Part shown: positions 10,708 to 21,113 of the stretch, in pieces | Position numbering within the stretch: position 1 is the first letter of the stretch | How the letters are laid out: each line of letters starts with the position of its first letter | Notes under the pieces: model-generated | The model's input: only the letters and a program-made list of their open reading frames with translations | Told to the model about the DNA's origin: nothing | Databases searched by the model: none | Program-made: the position numbers and the translations under genes | Assembly (NCBI GenBank): GCA_963765765.1 | Contig: CAVXYC010000020.1 | Span: forward strand, 544,001 to 608,000 | Origin: an uncultured Chloroflexia bacterium | GTDB taxonomy: Bacteria > Chloroflexota > UBA6077 > JACCZL01 | Length of the DNA stretch: 64,000 nucleotides | Direction of reading: 5' to 3'

Positions 10708-10979
10708 GCTGAAAGGTATGCTGCAAATGCTGCGTGCGCAGGCGGTCGAATCGGGACTCATCGCCGCACCACCTGGCGGGTTGCTGCCACCGAAGATCTA
10801 ATTCGCCGACGGCGTGCACCCCTGGGTGAACACCTCCGCTGCCAACAGCCCAGGCTCTGACACGACCGGCAACACCAGGGACGGCACGCGCAGGGAGGCC
10901 ACGGGGAGTATACGCAGCCATCGGCGTAGGCTCGAATCGGGGTCGGTCCAAGGGCGGCCCGGTCCTGGAATCCCGGATC

Positions 10980-11170
10980 CCAGCGCTCGTCTGGATACTG
11001 GCGTGCCCAGGCTGAGGCTGATCTGCTCGATCCGCGCGTCCCCCTGGAGCACTAGCTTCCCGAAGGTCCGCCGCAGATCGTGCGCCGCAATCTGAACACC
11101 GAGCGACTCGGTATACGCGCGCACCATATCGGCAACGGCCTGATCGACATCCGCGTGGTGCTGAACCTGC
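10980..11170 (-). pseudogene. C-terminal remnant of a second (Xer-like) tyrosine recombinase
   Basis: IAAHDLRRTFGKL...IEQISLSLG, then HASIQT in the adjacent frame. Confidence 0.75.
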
Positions 11171-11400
11171 CCCCTTTGGTGATCGCATGGAAGACGGGGC
11201 CCGCATCGATCTCCGCGCATGGCGCATGACTCGGACTTTCGTCGATGGAACCACGCCTCGCGGAGTAGTTCTAACAGCGTCATTGGTCAATGACTGCAAG
11301 AGGAGCGACCATGAGGGTCAAGTTGGCGACCGTGCCGCACCACTGGAGCCGACCGTGTCATGTCGGGAGTGCACGGGCACTTTACAGTCCCGATAGTGCA

Positions 11401-11472
11401 TTTACACCTTGTAAAGCATGGCTTCTCCCGTCAGTTGAAGCGGTTGACAAATCGGAAACTGGACTGTACTCT
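11401..11472 (+). promoter_or_regulatory. operator-like palindrome plus leaderless sigma70 promoter
   Basis: TTTACA-CCT-TGTAAA (11401-11415); TTGACA (11444)-17 nt-TACTCT (11467), with the ATG 7 nt after the -10. Confidence 0.6.
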
Positions 11473-11479
11473 GAGAGTC

Positions 11480-11740
11480 ATGGATAGAGAGGCGTTTCTC
11501 GCAGAACTCATAGAGCGCCAGGGCAACGCTTCAGGGCGAGAGTTCGCTGAGCGGCTCGGTATCTCTGAGAGTTACTGGTCGCTTATTCGACGAGGCGAGC
11601 GCCCGCTGACGTTGGCGGTGATTCAGCGAGCTATTCAGGAATTCCCGGACCTTTACTTTGTTCAAGGTCTTCAACCCGAGGTAGCCGCAGCGATCGGGCC
11701 GCGTACACCAGAATATCGTTCGGGACGTTGGCGGCGCGAT
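11480..11740 (+). CDS. XRE-family HTH domain (reads through in frame into the downstream secreted protein)
   Basis: SGREFAERLGISESYWSLIRRGERPLT. Confidence 0.8.
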
Positions 11741-12620
11741 GTGAAACGTCTATGGGTGAATGTCGCAGTGGCGATCTTCATGGCGTTTGGCAGCCTTGTC
11801 GCTACGTCGGGCGCCTTTACGGACTCGACCGGTGAACTGTTTGCTCAATCGGGGCCAACGCCCCAATCTGAACGGCAAGACCAGCGGCAGGCAACTAACA
11901 CACCGAGGGCGACAAATACGCCGAGGGCCACTAACACGCCAAGCGCTACGAACACGCCTGGTGCCACATCGACCAGGTCGCCGGCGACCGTCACGGCGAC
12001 CTCGGCCGGCCTCGACCGGCCCGCCTGCGACGAGTACGCCCGCTGCAACGGTGACGACGACGCCAGCGAGCAGAACCCAGCCACCGCCCGGTACCCCTAC
12101 GGCAACCACGACGCCCGGGACCTCTACCACAACCACGACGCCCGGGACCTTGCTGGTTCCCGTCCCAGGCGGGAGCCCGGTGTCTATCGAGCGGATTACT
12201 GCAAGCTGCGACACTGGCAGCATGGAGGGCCGGATCTACTTCTCAATCTCCGGCACCCCAGGTGAAACCGTGAACTACTCCGTAGAACTCACCGTCTTTT
12301 CGCATATACCCCCTTCACGGCCTGGTGGCGGTAACCAATGGAACGAGACGGGGGGCTCGACCACCGTCAGCGGATCATTCACTATTCCCGCTAGTGGCAG
12401 TGGGACCACCTCGGAGTCGTATTCAATCGCGGTCAATCCTGTGCCGGGCGCCAACTCGTATCGTGTTCAAGTGACCGATGCCAGTTCGAACGTCGTCGTA
12501 GCGAGCAGGAACACTAAGGGTCCCAGCCTCCAGTGCTTCGGGCCCCCAACCAAGCCGAATACCCGGGCCACGTCGCTTCTTTCCCAGCTCTGGCTCGTCG
12601 CCGCAGGTCGCGAACTATAG
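11741..12620 (+). CDS. secreted Thr/Pro-rich surface protein, frameshifted
   Basis: Signal/TM VKRLWVNVAVAIFMAFGSLVATSGAF; ATNTP repeats; long T/P stretch; beta-rich C-terminal domain with a Cys pair. Confidence 0.65.
11891..11962 (+). repeat. 18-bp coding tandem repeat x4 (ATNTP[R/S/G])
   Basis: gcaactaacacaccgagg / gcgacaaatacgccgagg / gccactaacacgccaagc / gctacgaacacgcctggt. Confidence 0.85.
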
Positions 12621-12774
12621 GCACCATTGGGCGATCAGACGGAGTTGGCTCGCGCCGTCCGTTGTCTTCTGGCTAGTCTCCGTCGCACCGTCGCCTTCCG
12701 GTCGGCCGAACGAGGCCTCCATGAGACCCGCATGTCCAATAGGCAGGCTCCGAGGTCACGGAGATCGCGTGCTG

Positions 12775-14756
12775 TCATCTCCCCAGGCGCGCAGCGACGT
12801 AGTCGAGTAACGTTCGGGCATCCGCCGAGTGAATGCGTGCCCGGCCTGCGTCCAGATATTCGCCGGCCAGGGCCGGTCGATCCATCTGTCCGGCGAGGTC
12901 CGCTGCGAGCAGGTAGAGCAACGGGTTCTGCGGATCCAGCGCAATGGCCTGCCGTGAGTAGTCGAGTGGCCTGTCCGACGCACGCCCTATAGCGGCGTCC
13001 CGCTCCAGCTCAGCCTGGGCCAGTCGAATGAGCGCATAGGCGTCGCGGTGGCCGTAGAGCGCCGATGCCGCGACGAAATGATCGACCGCTTCGCCGAAGA
13101 GCACCGGATCCTCGGTCGATCGAGCCGTCTCGAGGAGCTGGATCGCGAGTCCTTCCTGGTATACAGGCTCGAAGGGTCGGAGCATCACTGCCCGTCGAAA
13201 TGGGGCAACGGATTCATCCGGCGCCTCTATTCGGGCCTGCAATCCAGATTCGAATGACGCGGCCGCCGGTAACCCCCATACGCCTTCGACCATGAGTCCG
13301 ATGGCAACAGCAACCAATGCAATTCGGCGGGCGCCACTAGGTTGCCATGAGTACGGTACCCGATGGGCGAGCAGACCGAGCGCCGCGCCAGTCAGCAACC
13401 AGCCTAACCAGTCCGTTGCAACACGATTGCGACCGAACAAAAACAGCATCTGGTAACTAAGCAGTGCGAGGAGCAGAGCCAGCGCCGCCCAGCGTCTACC
13501 GGGCTCGGCAAGCGTAGGTTCGTGGAACGTGGCGCGTAGCAGGGCTAGCCCAACGGTCACTTGGAGCGCTAGGTACGCGGCAAGCCCGAGCAGCCCAGAG
13601 TTAACGGCAATCAGCAGCAGCAGATTGTGCGGATTATCGTCCCGCCCCACGTGATTGGTCAGGCTATCCAGCTCGACCGAGCGATGCGTCGGATAGGCCA
13701 GTTGGAATGTATCGGGTCCCCAGCCAACCAGCGGCCGGTCGGCGACGAGCGCGATCGCGCTCTGCCAGAGAGCCTGGCGTGTCTCGAGCGGCGAGCCTCG
13801 ATAGTCACCGAGGCGATTCAGGACGGCATTGTCCGACGGCCAGCGAGGGGCCGGACAAAGAGCAGTGCCACGACGACTGCCAGGGACGCTGCCAGCGGTG
13901 CCAGCGCGATGACGGTCCCCACCCAGCGCCCAGATCGCCAGCGCGCGCACAGCACCAGCGGCCCAATGATGAGGACCTGGGCGATCACTACCAACCAGGC
14001 AGCTCGCGCCTGGGTAAGCCAGAGCGCGACGAACTGCGGCAGCAGGCTCCACAGGGGCAGGTCGCGCCCCAGGCCGCGGCCCCTCCAGGCTAGCCAGGCC
14101 GTCAGCGGGATTGAGATCGCCAAGAGCTCACCCACGCTGTTCGGGTAGCCGAGCGATGCTGTAACTCGACGCCCGTCGATGACCGAGATTGACCACGCGA
14201 TCGGGTCCACTTTGACCTGTTGAACGATGCCGTAGCAGCTGATGAGAGTGGCTGCCAGGGTCAGGCCGCCGACCAGCCGCGCCAGGTCGCTTTCCCTCCG
14301 CACCCAGGCCACCGCGAGCAGGAAACACCCAATCATGAGCGCGATCGTGAGCAGGCCCTTGTCCTCGTCGAAGCTCCCGAGCAGGGAGGTACGTGGCACG
14401 ATCGAGGCAATCGTGGCAAGGACGCTGATGCCGAGAAACAGTAGTCCGGCTTGCACACCCGGAATGCGCAGCACCCCGACATCGACGGTGGCGCGCGCGG
14501 CGATCGCCGCAATTGCCAGGGTCAATCCGAGCTTCTGTACAAAGACCTTCGGCAGCTCGAACTTGTCGGCCAACATCGGGCCGCCGGCCAGTGGGACCAG
14601 CAGGGCCAGAGCTGGCAGCAGCCAGACCGACAGGAGCGGGAGGACGTCCACCCCGCGCGCCGACGCGTGGTCGAGTCCCGCTAGGCGCCGCGCAATCACG
14701 GTTCGGTCAGCGACCGTTCCATGGCTTGCTGCAGAAGACCCAGCGGCAGCACGCAC
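12775..14756 (-). CDS. O-antigen ligase/O-oligosaccharyltransferase family (Wzy_C) protein with TPR-like tail, frameshifted
   Basis: Multi-TM; SLGYPN, LTQARAAW, RQALWQSA...PLVGWGPDTF, PHNLLL; helical C-terminus. Confidence 0.85.
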
Positions 14757-15724
14757 AACCCGCCCACGGCTAGCGTGGCAAATAGCACCAGGTGTAGGCC
14801 GACCGCCGCCGCTAGCGCCGCGGCCGGGCTGAGCCCAAGTGCCAGGAGCGGGGTGCTGACCGCCAGCTCGAAGACACCTAGCCCGCCCGGCGCGCTCGGG
14901 ACGAGCCCGGCGGCGTAGCCGCTCAGCAGCATGATCGCACCAAGTGTCAGGCTCATCGGGATGTCGAGAGCCTGCAACACAAACAGGTTGACAAGCAGTC
15001 CAAGGCCCAGTCCGATTACGGTCAAGGCGCTCGCACCCAGGAGCACCAATCCTCCCCGCAGGTGGCGGAAATCAGCTGCACGCTGTCTCAGCCAGGGAGA
15101 AAGCGGGTGCCAGCGCCGAGCGACGACGATTCCGAGGCACACTAGTAGGGCGAGGCCGGCCACTGCCGTCCTGGGGAGATCGGGCCCGACCGAGCCCAGC
15201 ACGACGAGCCCGAGACAGGCAAGGGCGGCGGCGTCAAGCAACTTTTCGACCATGACAGATCCGCCTACCGTCACCAGGTGGCGACCTTCTATCCGTGCCG
15301 CGAACACGACCCGCCAGACGTCGCCCGCCCGGAGCGGAGCGAGCGCATTCAGGACGCGGGCATTGAACACAAGCGCCAGAAGCTGCGGCAGGCGACCGGG
15401 TTCCACCCCCAGCAGGAGCTGCCAGCGGACGGTTTTCGCCACCTCCACCGCCACTGCAAGCGCGACGGCGCAGGCAAGCCACTGCCATTGCGCCTCGCCC
15501 AGGGGGCGGGAGACCTCCCTCCAGTCCGCGTGAACCAGAACCGGGAGCAGGAGCGCCATGCACACGAGGGAGAGAACGATCCCGACTTGGCGCTGAGCGC
15601 TGGGCGAGGATAGTGCGGGCAGGCCGCGAAGCAGCATCCAGCTAGCCCCTTTCCAGTGGCGCCCCGACGAAGCGGGGCGCAGCGTCGGTGAAACGGTGGC
15701 CGATCTGCTGACATGCGATGACAA
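14696..15724 (-). CDS. lysylphosphatidylglycerol-synthase TM / UPF0104 flippase-like protein
   Basis: RWQLLL, NALAPLRAGDVWR, EKLLD, PSAPGGLGVFE. Confidence 0.88.
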   Translation of the reverse strand: MSSHVSRSATVSPTLRPASSGRHWKGASWMLLRGLPALSSPSAQRQVGIVLSLVCMALLLPVLVHADWREVSRPLGEAQWQWLACAVALAVAVEVAKTVRWQLLLGVEPGRLPQLLALVFNARVLNALAPLRAGDVWRVVFAARIEGRHLVTVGGSVMVEKLLDAAALACLGLVVLGSVGPDLPRTAVAGLALLVCLGIVVARRWHPLSPWLRQRAADFRHLRGGLVLLGASALTVIGLGLGLLVNLFVLQALDIPMSLTLGAIMLLSGYAAGLVPSAPGGLGVFELAVSTPLLALGLSPAAALAAAVGLHLVLFATLAVGGLCVLPLGLLQQAMERSLTEP

Positions 15725-16667
15725 TCAGGCCGCAGAGAAGGCCCAGGCCCTGCGCCAGGGACCGGGCGAACAGCAGCCACGGTACGATGGGGACCAGTCC
15801 GCGGTCGCTCCGCCAGGCCCGTTGTATCAGTGGCAGACAGGCGCCCATGAACAGCAAGGTAGCGCCGCGCGCTAGAGGGCGAGCGGCAGGTAACCAGGGG
15901 CCGAGCAGTGTCATTGTCACGACGACGCCGGTCAAGGCGATCTGGATTGGCATCATCCGCGGCGTGTAGCCGTCCTCCCGCATCCGCCCTGGATATCGTC
16001 GGTAGAGCTGAGCGCGGTAGAAGCCGAACCGGAACTTCCGTCGGGCGTATGCCCCGAGCCGCTCGGGGTGACGGTGGCTGACTAGTGCATCGGGCGCAAA
16101 GACCATTCGTTTGCCGCTCGCGGCTAATCGGAAAGACAGCTCGACATCCTCAACCGACGTGGCCGGCAGGCGCTCGTCGAATCCTCCGACCTCGGCGAAG
16201 GTCGCTCGTCGGTACGCGACGCAGGCGGTGTCCATGACCGCAACCTGCGGGCTCGTCGCGAGCCGTTCCTGCTTCTCGTCCAGCTCGAGCTGTGTGAATC
16301 GAGCCACCACTGCTCGCTGGCGACTGATGTACCCGCCTCGGACTCCAACCACGCGCGGGTCAGCAAACGGCCGCACGAGCGCTGCAATGCAGTGTGGATC
16401 CGGAGCGCAGTCGGCGTCAAAGAAAATCAGGACATCGCCTGTCGCCTCGGCCGCGCCGGCGTTTCGGGCAGCGGCCGGGCCCCGTCGCGCCAGCTCGAGG
16501 ACGGTTGCACCATGAGCCCTGGCCAGCGTGACGGTCCCATCCGTCGAGCCGTCCACCGCTACGATCACCTCGCACGGTCGCGGGCCGAGTGAGGCGTGCA
16601 CCGCCTCCAGGCATTCCGCCAGCACGTCCGCTGCCTGTCGCGCCGGTATGACTACGCTGACCCGCAT
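15642..16667 (-). CDS. GT2 glycosyltransferase with C-terminal TM helices
   Basis: VSVVIPA, VDGSTDGT, GPAAARNAG, FFDADC, GGFDE..EDVELSFR. Confidence 0.92.
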   Translation of the reverse strand: MRVSVVIPARQAADVLAECLEAVHASLGPRPCEVIVAVDGSTDGTVTLARAHGATVLELARRGPAAARNAGAAEATGDVLIFFDADCAPDPHCIAALVRPFADPRVVGVRGGYISRQRAVVARFTQLELDEKQERLATSPQVAVMDTACVAYRRATFAEVGGFDERLPATSVEDVELSFRLAASGKRMVFAPDALVSHRHPERLGAYARRKFRFGFYRAQLYRRYPGRMREDGYTPRMMPIQIALTGVVVTMTLLGPWLPAARPLARGATLLFMGACLPLIQRAWRSDRGLVPIVPWLLFARSLAQGLGLLCGLIVIACQQIGHRFTDAAPRFVGAPLERG

Positions 16668-16867
16668 CTGTCGACGTTTGCCTTCCTTGCTCGCTAAGGC
16701 CTGACCCTGCGCACGGACATACGGGGGGTCCGGGCCCCATCCCGCTCGTGTGCCTTGGGGCCCATTCGAGCGTTGCATATGAAGTATGCTCTCGCTGGCT
16801 AGACTCAGGCTACTTAGCGGGACCGGTACCGTATCAACGTGTCTCGCGTCAGTGAAGGGATCGCCCG

Positions 16868-17530
16868 TTGCGCAGGCGGCTCAAGCAGCTCACACTTAGC
16901 CTCCTGGTCCTCGGCCTGCTGGTTGGCGCCGGTGGCATCGGTACAACCTTCGCCGCCGCGTGCAGCGGCTCACTCGACACCTACCGCACACTGTCAGCCG
17001 CACGGAGCGAGTTAGATCCCGAACGCCAGCCTCGGCCACCAGGCCCAGCAGTGCTTGCCCCCGAGTCGCCGGCCGCCGCGGTTCCCGGCTCGGCAGATCC
17101 ATCCCCGCCCCCGGCCGAGCCGGCATCTGCCCTCCGTCAGCTTGGGACTCAGCTCCGGCGTGCGGCGGGCGAGGCCGTGTTCGGCGTTGTCCGTGCGGTT
17201 CGCACCGCGGGCCACGCCACTCTCTCGAGCTTCCTCGCCCTGAAGCAAAGCGACGTTGTGGCGTATCCGATGCACTCAACGCTGGCTCAAGCGCTCGAAG
17301 TCGCCCACTGTCCGAGGGACGCGATCTGGATCCAGTGGCTCAAGGCCGGTATTCATGCCAGGCGCGAGGACCAGGTCATGCGCGTGGCCAGCGCCCTCCA
17401 AGAACGAGCACGCAGCGCGGACGACGTGACCAGACTGCGGGACATCATTCACGGATACGTCCAGCGCGAGTCATGGAGTCAAGGTATCCAGCAGGTCCAG
17501 GCCACCCTTGCCCCCGCCATCGGTCCTTAG
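16868..17530 (+). CDS. hypothetical secreted/membrane protein
   Basis: N-terminal signal-like segment, Pro-rich linker, helical domain. Confidence 0.5.
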   Translation: MRRRLKQLTLSLLVLGLLVGAGGIGTTFAAACSGSLDTYRTLSAARSELDPERQPRPPGPAVLAPESPAAAVPGSADPSPPPAEPASALRQLGTQLRRAAGEAVFGVVRAVRTAGHATLSSFLALKQSDVVAYPMHSTLAQALEVAHCPRDAIWIQWLKAGIHARREDQVMRVASALQERARSADDVTRLRDIIHGYVQRESWSQGIQQVQATLAPAIGP

Positions 17531-18806
17531 GCGCGCCGCGGACGGAATCCGCGGACGCGGATTGGCCATCCCTGGGCTCATGCTGCTCGCCTTTGCTGTC
17601 CGATTTGCGGTTCGATCAACCGATGGCGAAGATAAGTTCTGGGTCAACAGCTACTCGGCGTACTACGAGATGGCGCTCAACTTCACGCGCGGCCAGGGTA
17701 TGTGCATCGACCGTCTCGGCTGGAAGTGTGCCTACTGGCCGCCCATCTACCCGCTCCTGCTTGCGACGACGACGCTGGCCGGCTGGAGTTACTGGCCGAT
17801 CGTCGCGGTGCAATCAGCCGTCGGGGCTGGCACAGTGTGGTGCAGCTATCAGCTCGGGAAGGCGCTCTTCAATCACCGTACTGGGCTGATCGCTGGGGTT
17901 GTCACCGCCTTCTATCCGTACTACGTTGTCCATGACACTGCGCTGCAGGAGACTTCGACATTTACCTTGTTCACCGCGGCGGCGGTTCTGTGCCTGGTCT
18001 GGGCCAAGCAACGTGCCTCGGCTCGCTCTTGTGCGCTCGCCGGTCTCTTTCTCGCGATGGCCACATTGACCCGGGCTAGCCTGGCCGCTTATGCCCTGAT
18101 CGCGCTGGTCTGGCTCCTGTGCTGTGTTGGGCCGCCGAACCGCCAAAGACTCCGATGCATCGTCGCTGCGCTGTTGCCTTTCGGCCTCATTGTCGGCCTG
18201 TGGCTCATCCGCACCCAGATCGTGATCGGGGTGCCCTTGCTTTCGTCTCAGTCGGGCCGGTTTCTATGGATTGGGAACAATCCGTACACCTTCTCGCACT
18301 ACCCATCGGAGAGCATCGATGTCAGTGAGGTCGAGGCCTGGCGAGCGCTCGCGCCCTCCGAGCGGGCCGAGATCGAACGTCTGTCGAGTCAAGAGGCCGA
18401 GCAGGGGCGCTGGTTCGCACGGAAAGGGCTTGACTATATCCGTGCCCAGCCGCTGCTGACCCTCGAAAATGCCGGGCGTAAGCTCCTGGTCGCCTTCTCC
18501 TGCGCCCTCAGCCCCTCTCGCGATGCACTCGTCCAAGCCATCCACGGCCTGGCCTACTGCCCAATCCTCGTCCTCGCAGCCATCGGCGCCTGGCTCTCGC
18601 GCCGCCAGTGGCGTGCACAGTTACCGATCTTCCTGCTCTTCTTGTTCTTCGCGGGAGTGACGGCGCTCTACTGGGCCCACACGAGTCACCGCAGCTTCCT
18701 TGATATCTACCTGCACGTGTACGCCGCCTACGCGCTGACCGGGATTGCCCGGCCGCTGCTGGGAGCGCTTGGCCGTCATCGCGCAGTGGTTGAGGCCAGC
18801 CCGTGA
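17508..18806 (+). CDS. GT-C fold (ArnT/PMT_2, GT39-like) membrane glycosyltransferase
   Basis: Multi-TM; YWPPIYPLLLA, LQETSTFT, LTR, LWIGNNP. Confidence 0.85.
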   Translation: MPPPSVLRRAADGIRGRGLAIPGLMLLAFAVRFAVRSTDGEDKFWVNSYSAYYEMALNFTRGQGMCIDRLGWKCAYWPPIYPLLLATTTLAGWSYWPIVAVQSAVGAGTVWCSYQLGKALFNHRTGLIAGVVTAFYPYYVVHDTALQETSTFTLFTAAAVLCLVWAKQRASARSCALAGLFLAMATLTRASLAAYALIALVWLLCCVGPPNRQRLRCIVAALLPFGLIVGLWLIRTQIVIGVPLLSSQSGRFLWIGNNPYTFSHYPSESIDVSEVEAWRALAPSERAEIERLSSQEAEQGRWFARKGLDYIRAQPLLTLENAGRKLLVAFSCALSPSRDALVQAIHGLAYCPILVLAAIGAWLSRRQWRAQLPIFLLFLFFAGVTALYWAHTSHRSFLDIYLHVYAAYALTGIARPLLGALGRHRAVVEASP

Positions 18807-19074
18807 CGTATGCCAGCCCGGTCGGCGGCTTATCCTTCGCCCACTGAGCGCAGCGCATGTTGCTGGGCACCGGTGGCACGAACATCGACGAGCACCGCCG
18901 TGAATGTGCCAACTATCATCGCAGTCATAAAATCCCGCAGGTCATTAGTACGGTGGTAATCGGCAGGCCGATTCCCAGTTGCGCATCTCTGCTGACCGAT
19001 CCCACAAAGTCAACCGCCCTACTGGCTACGAGCACAAGATCAGGATTCACAAGCCACTCGGAATCTCGCTCTAT

Positions 19075-19890
19075 CTAGACTCGTCCCATCGCCGCATACG
19101 CTCCGAACCGCAACACTTCTAGCCAGGCCGACTTCGCAGCCTCCTTGTCCCGCCACCAGCCCTGCATCGAGACACAGTGATCCGTGCAGGGGACGGAGAT
19201 GATCTCTGCCGCCCCACCGACTACCTTGCGCCATGTCAATGTAGCCCGCCGCGAGTGGTACTCGTCCGTCACGAGCAACAGGCGATGCACCCCCAGGGGC
19301 TCCAACCGTTGCCAGGCGGCTTGCGCCTCCTCATAAGTCCCGGCCGACATCGGCACGTCCTCCAGTAAAGGCACAACTGCATCACGCGGTATGAGACGCC
19401 CAGGATCCACCTCACCGAAGCTGACCCCGGCCCGCCAGAGCTGGGACCAGCGCATGCAGTAGCCGCGCAGGCAGCTCAGATCCTCCAGCACGTACAGCTT
19501 TGGCGCGTGGCCAGCGCGCACCAGCTCGGCACCCCTCAGGGTCCGCCCACCGAGAGAATCGCCACCAAGCACTACGACGGCGTCGGCTGGGACGGGCTGG
19601 TCTCGCACGACCAGGATGTCGCCCACCGCCTGAAGCCACTGCCAATGGGTCGCGACCAGCAGCCCCGCGACGAGCAGTAGGATGAGCACCCCACGCGTCA
19701 GTCTCGTGCCACGGGAGCGCGGCGATTTCATTGGATGGATTAAACGACACCCGCCATGGTCTCGTAAAGCCCTGAGCATCGATGGCCAGACGGATCGTCG
19801 GTCGCCAATCTGGGCCAGTGTCGGTCCTCGGGCGGCCATAACTTCCGCAGGCGAGGCGGCGTAGACCACCTTCCGTGAGGACTCTGCCAC
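19075..19890 (-). CDS. YdcF/DUF218 family protein
   Basis: ADAVVVLGG..R...GAEL, TYEEA, LLVTDEYHSRRA; true start may be about 19735. Confidence 0.85.
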   Translation of the reverse strand: MAESSRKVVYAASPAEVMAARGPTLAQIGDRRSVWPSMLRALRDHGGCRLIHPMKSPRSRGTRLTRGVLILLLVAGLLVATHWQWLQAVGDILVVRDQPVPADAVVVLGGDSLGGRTLRGAELVRAGHAPKLYVLEDLSCLRGYCMRWSQLWRAGVSFGEVDPGRLIPRDAVVPLLEDVPMSAGTYEEAQAAWQRLEPLGVHRLLLVTDEYHSRRATLTWRKVVGGAAEIISVPCTDHCVSMQGWWRDKEAAKSAWLEVLRFGAYAAMGRV

Positions 19891-20031
19891 CTGTCGGACG
19901 TATTAGCACGAATCGGCAACGGTATAATCCGTGCGCTCCCTGCGGATTTTCGTCCTCGGAGCTCGCGGAGCCGTAAAGAAGTACCGAGTCGTATCTCTTT
20001 ATGTAGACGAGCGGCTAACAGGATAGAATAG

Positions 20032-21086
20032 TTGAGCGCACCGAATGCTGGGGGAGGGGGCTTGAGCTGGCAGTGGAATCGCCGCGCGGCGCTCGTGACG
20101 GGCGGCGCTTCGTTCATCGGCTCCCACATTGTCGACGAACTGGTTGAGCGAGGCGCGCGCGTGCGCGTGGTGGACGACCTCAGCAGCGGGAGGGTCGAAC
20201 ACATCCAGGGCCACCTGGACGCCGGGCGAGTCGAGCTCATCCAAGCGGACCTGCGTGAGCCCGGTGTCGCCCGCAATGTCATGCGGGACATCAACGTCGT
20301 CTTCCACCTGGCCGCGGACCACGGCGGCCGCGGCTATGTCGATCTCCACCAGGCAGGCCCGGCCTTCGAACTTCCTTCTCGATGGCCTGGTCTTCTCGGG
20401 AGGCTCGCCGCGCCGATGTCGAAAAGGTCGTATTCGCCTCCTCAGGTTGTGTGTATCCAAACGCCATCCAGACGGACCCAGACGTTGAGCTCTACCTGAC
20501 TGAGGATATGGTTGGTCCGCCCTACGATGCCGATAATCTTTACGGCTGGGCCAAGCTGATGGCCGAGCAGACCCTGAGGGCCTACAGCCGCGAGCATGGG
20601 ATGAAGACGGCCTCATGCCGTTACTTCACGGTCTACGGACCGCGCGGGGTCGAAAACCACGCCGTGATCGCGATGATTGCGAAAGCCTTCATCGGTCAGG
20701 ACCCGTTCGAGGTCTGGGGCGATGGCCGCCAGGTCCGTAACTGGACGTACATCGACGATATCGCGCGCGGCACAATCCTTGTCGCGGAGAGGATTGACGA
20801 CGGCACGGCGGTGAACCTGGGGACCATGGAGCGGGTGCGCGTCATGGACGCCGTCCGCATGGTGCTGGAATACACCGAGCACGACGCCCAGATCAAGCTC
20901 CTACCCAACATGCCCACGGGCCCCGTCAACCGGGTGGCCGACAACAGGCTGGCCCGCGAGCTGCTCGGGTGGGAACCGAACGTTTGCTTCGCCGAGGGGC
21001 TCCGCCGCACGATCGACTGGTACTTCCGCGAGCATGATCGCGATGAGGTCGCTGCCGTGCTGGCTCACAAGTTGACCGAGCGCTGA
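20032..21086 (+). CDS. NAD-dependent nucleotide-sugar epimerase/dehydratase, frameshifted
   Basis: VTGGASFIG, HLAA, ASSGCVY, YGWAK, RYFTVYGP. Confidence 0.92.
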
Positions 21087-21113
21087 AATCGACCCACTGG
21101 GGGCACGCCGAGT

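Noticed and set aside
9983-11299. 438-aa minus-strand ORF and the many other long antisense ORFs
   Set aside because: They are Arg/Pro/Ala-rich shadows of real genes in GC-rich DNA. Only the short HASIQT piece is meaningful.
4291-11740. Intact prophage or conjugative ICE
   Set aside because: No large terminase, structural, lysis, relaxase or T4SS genes are present.
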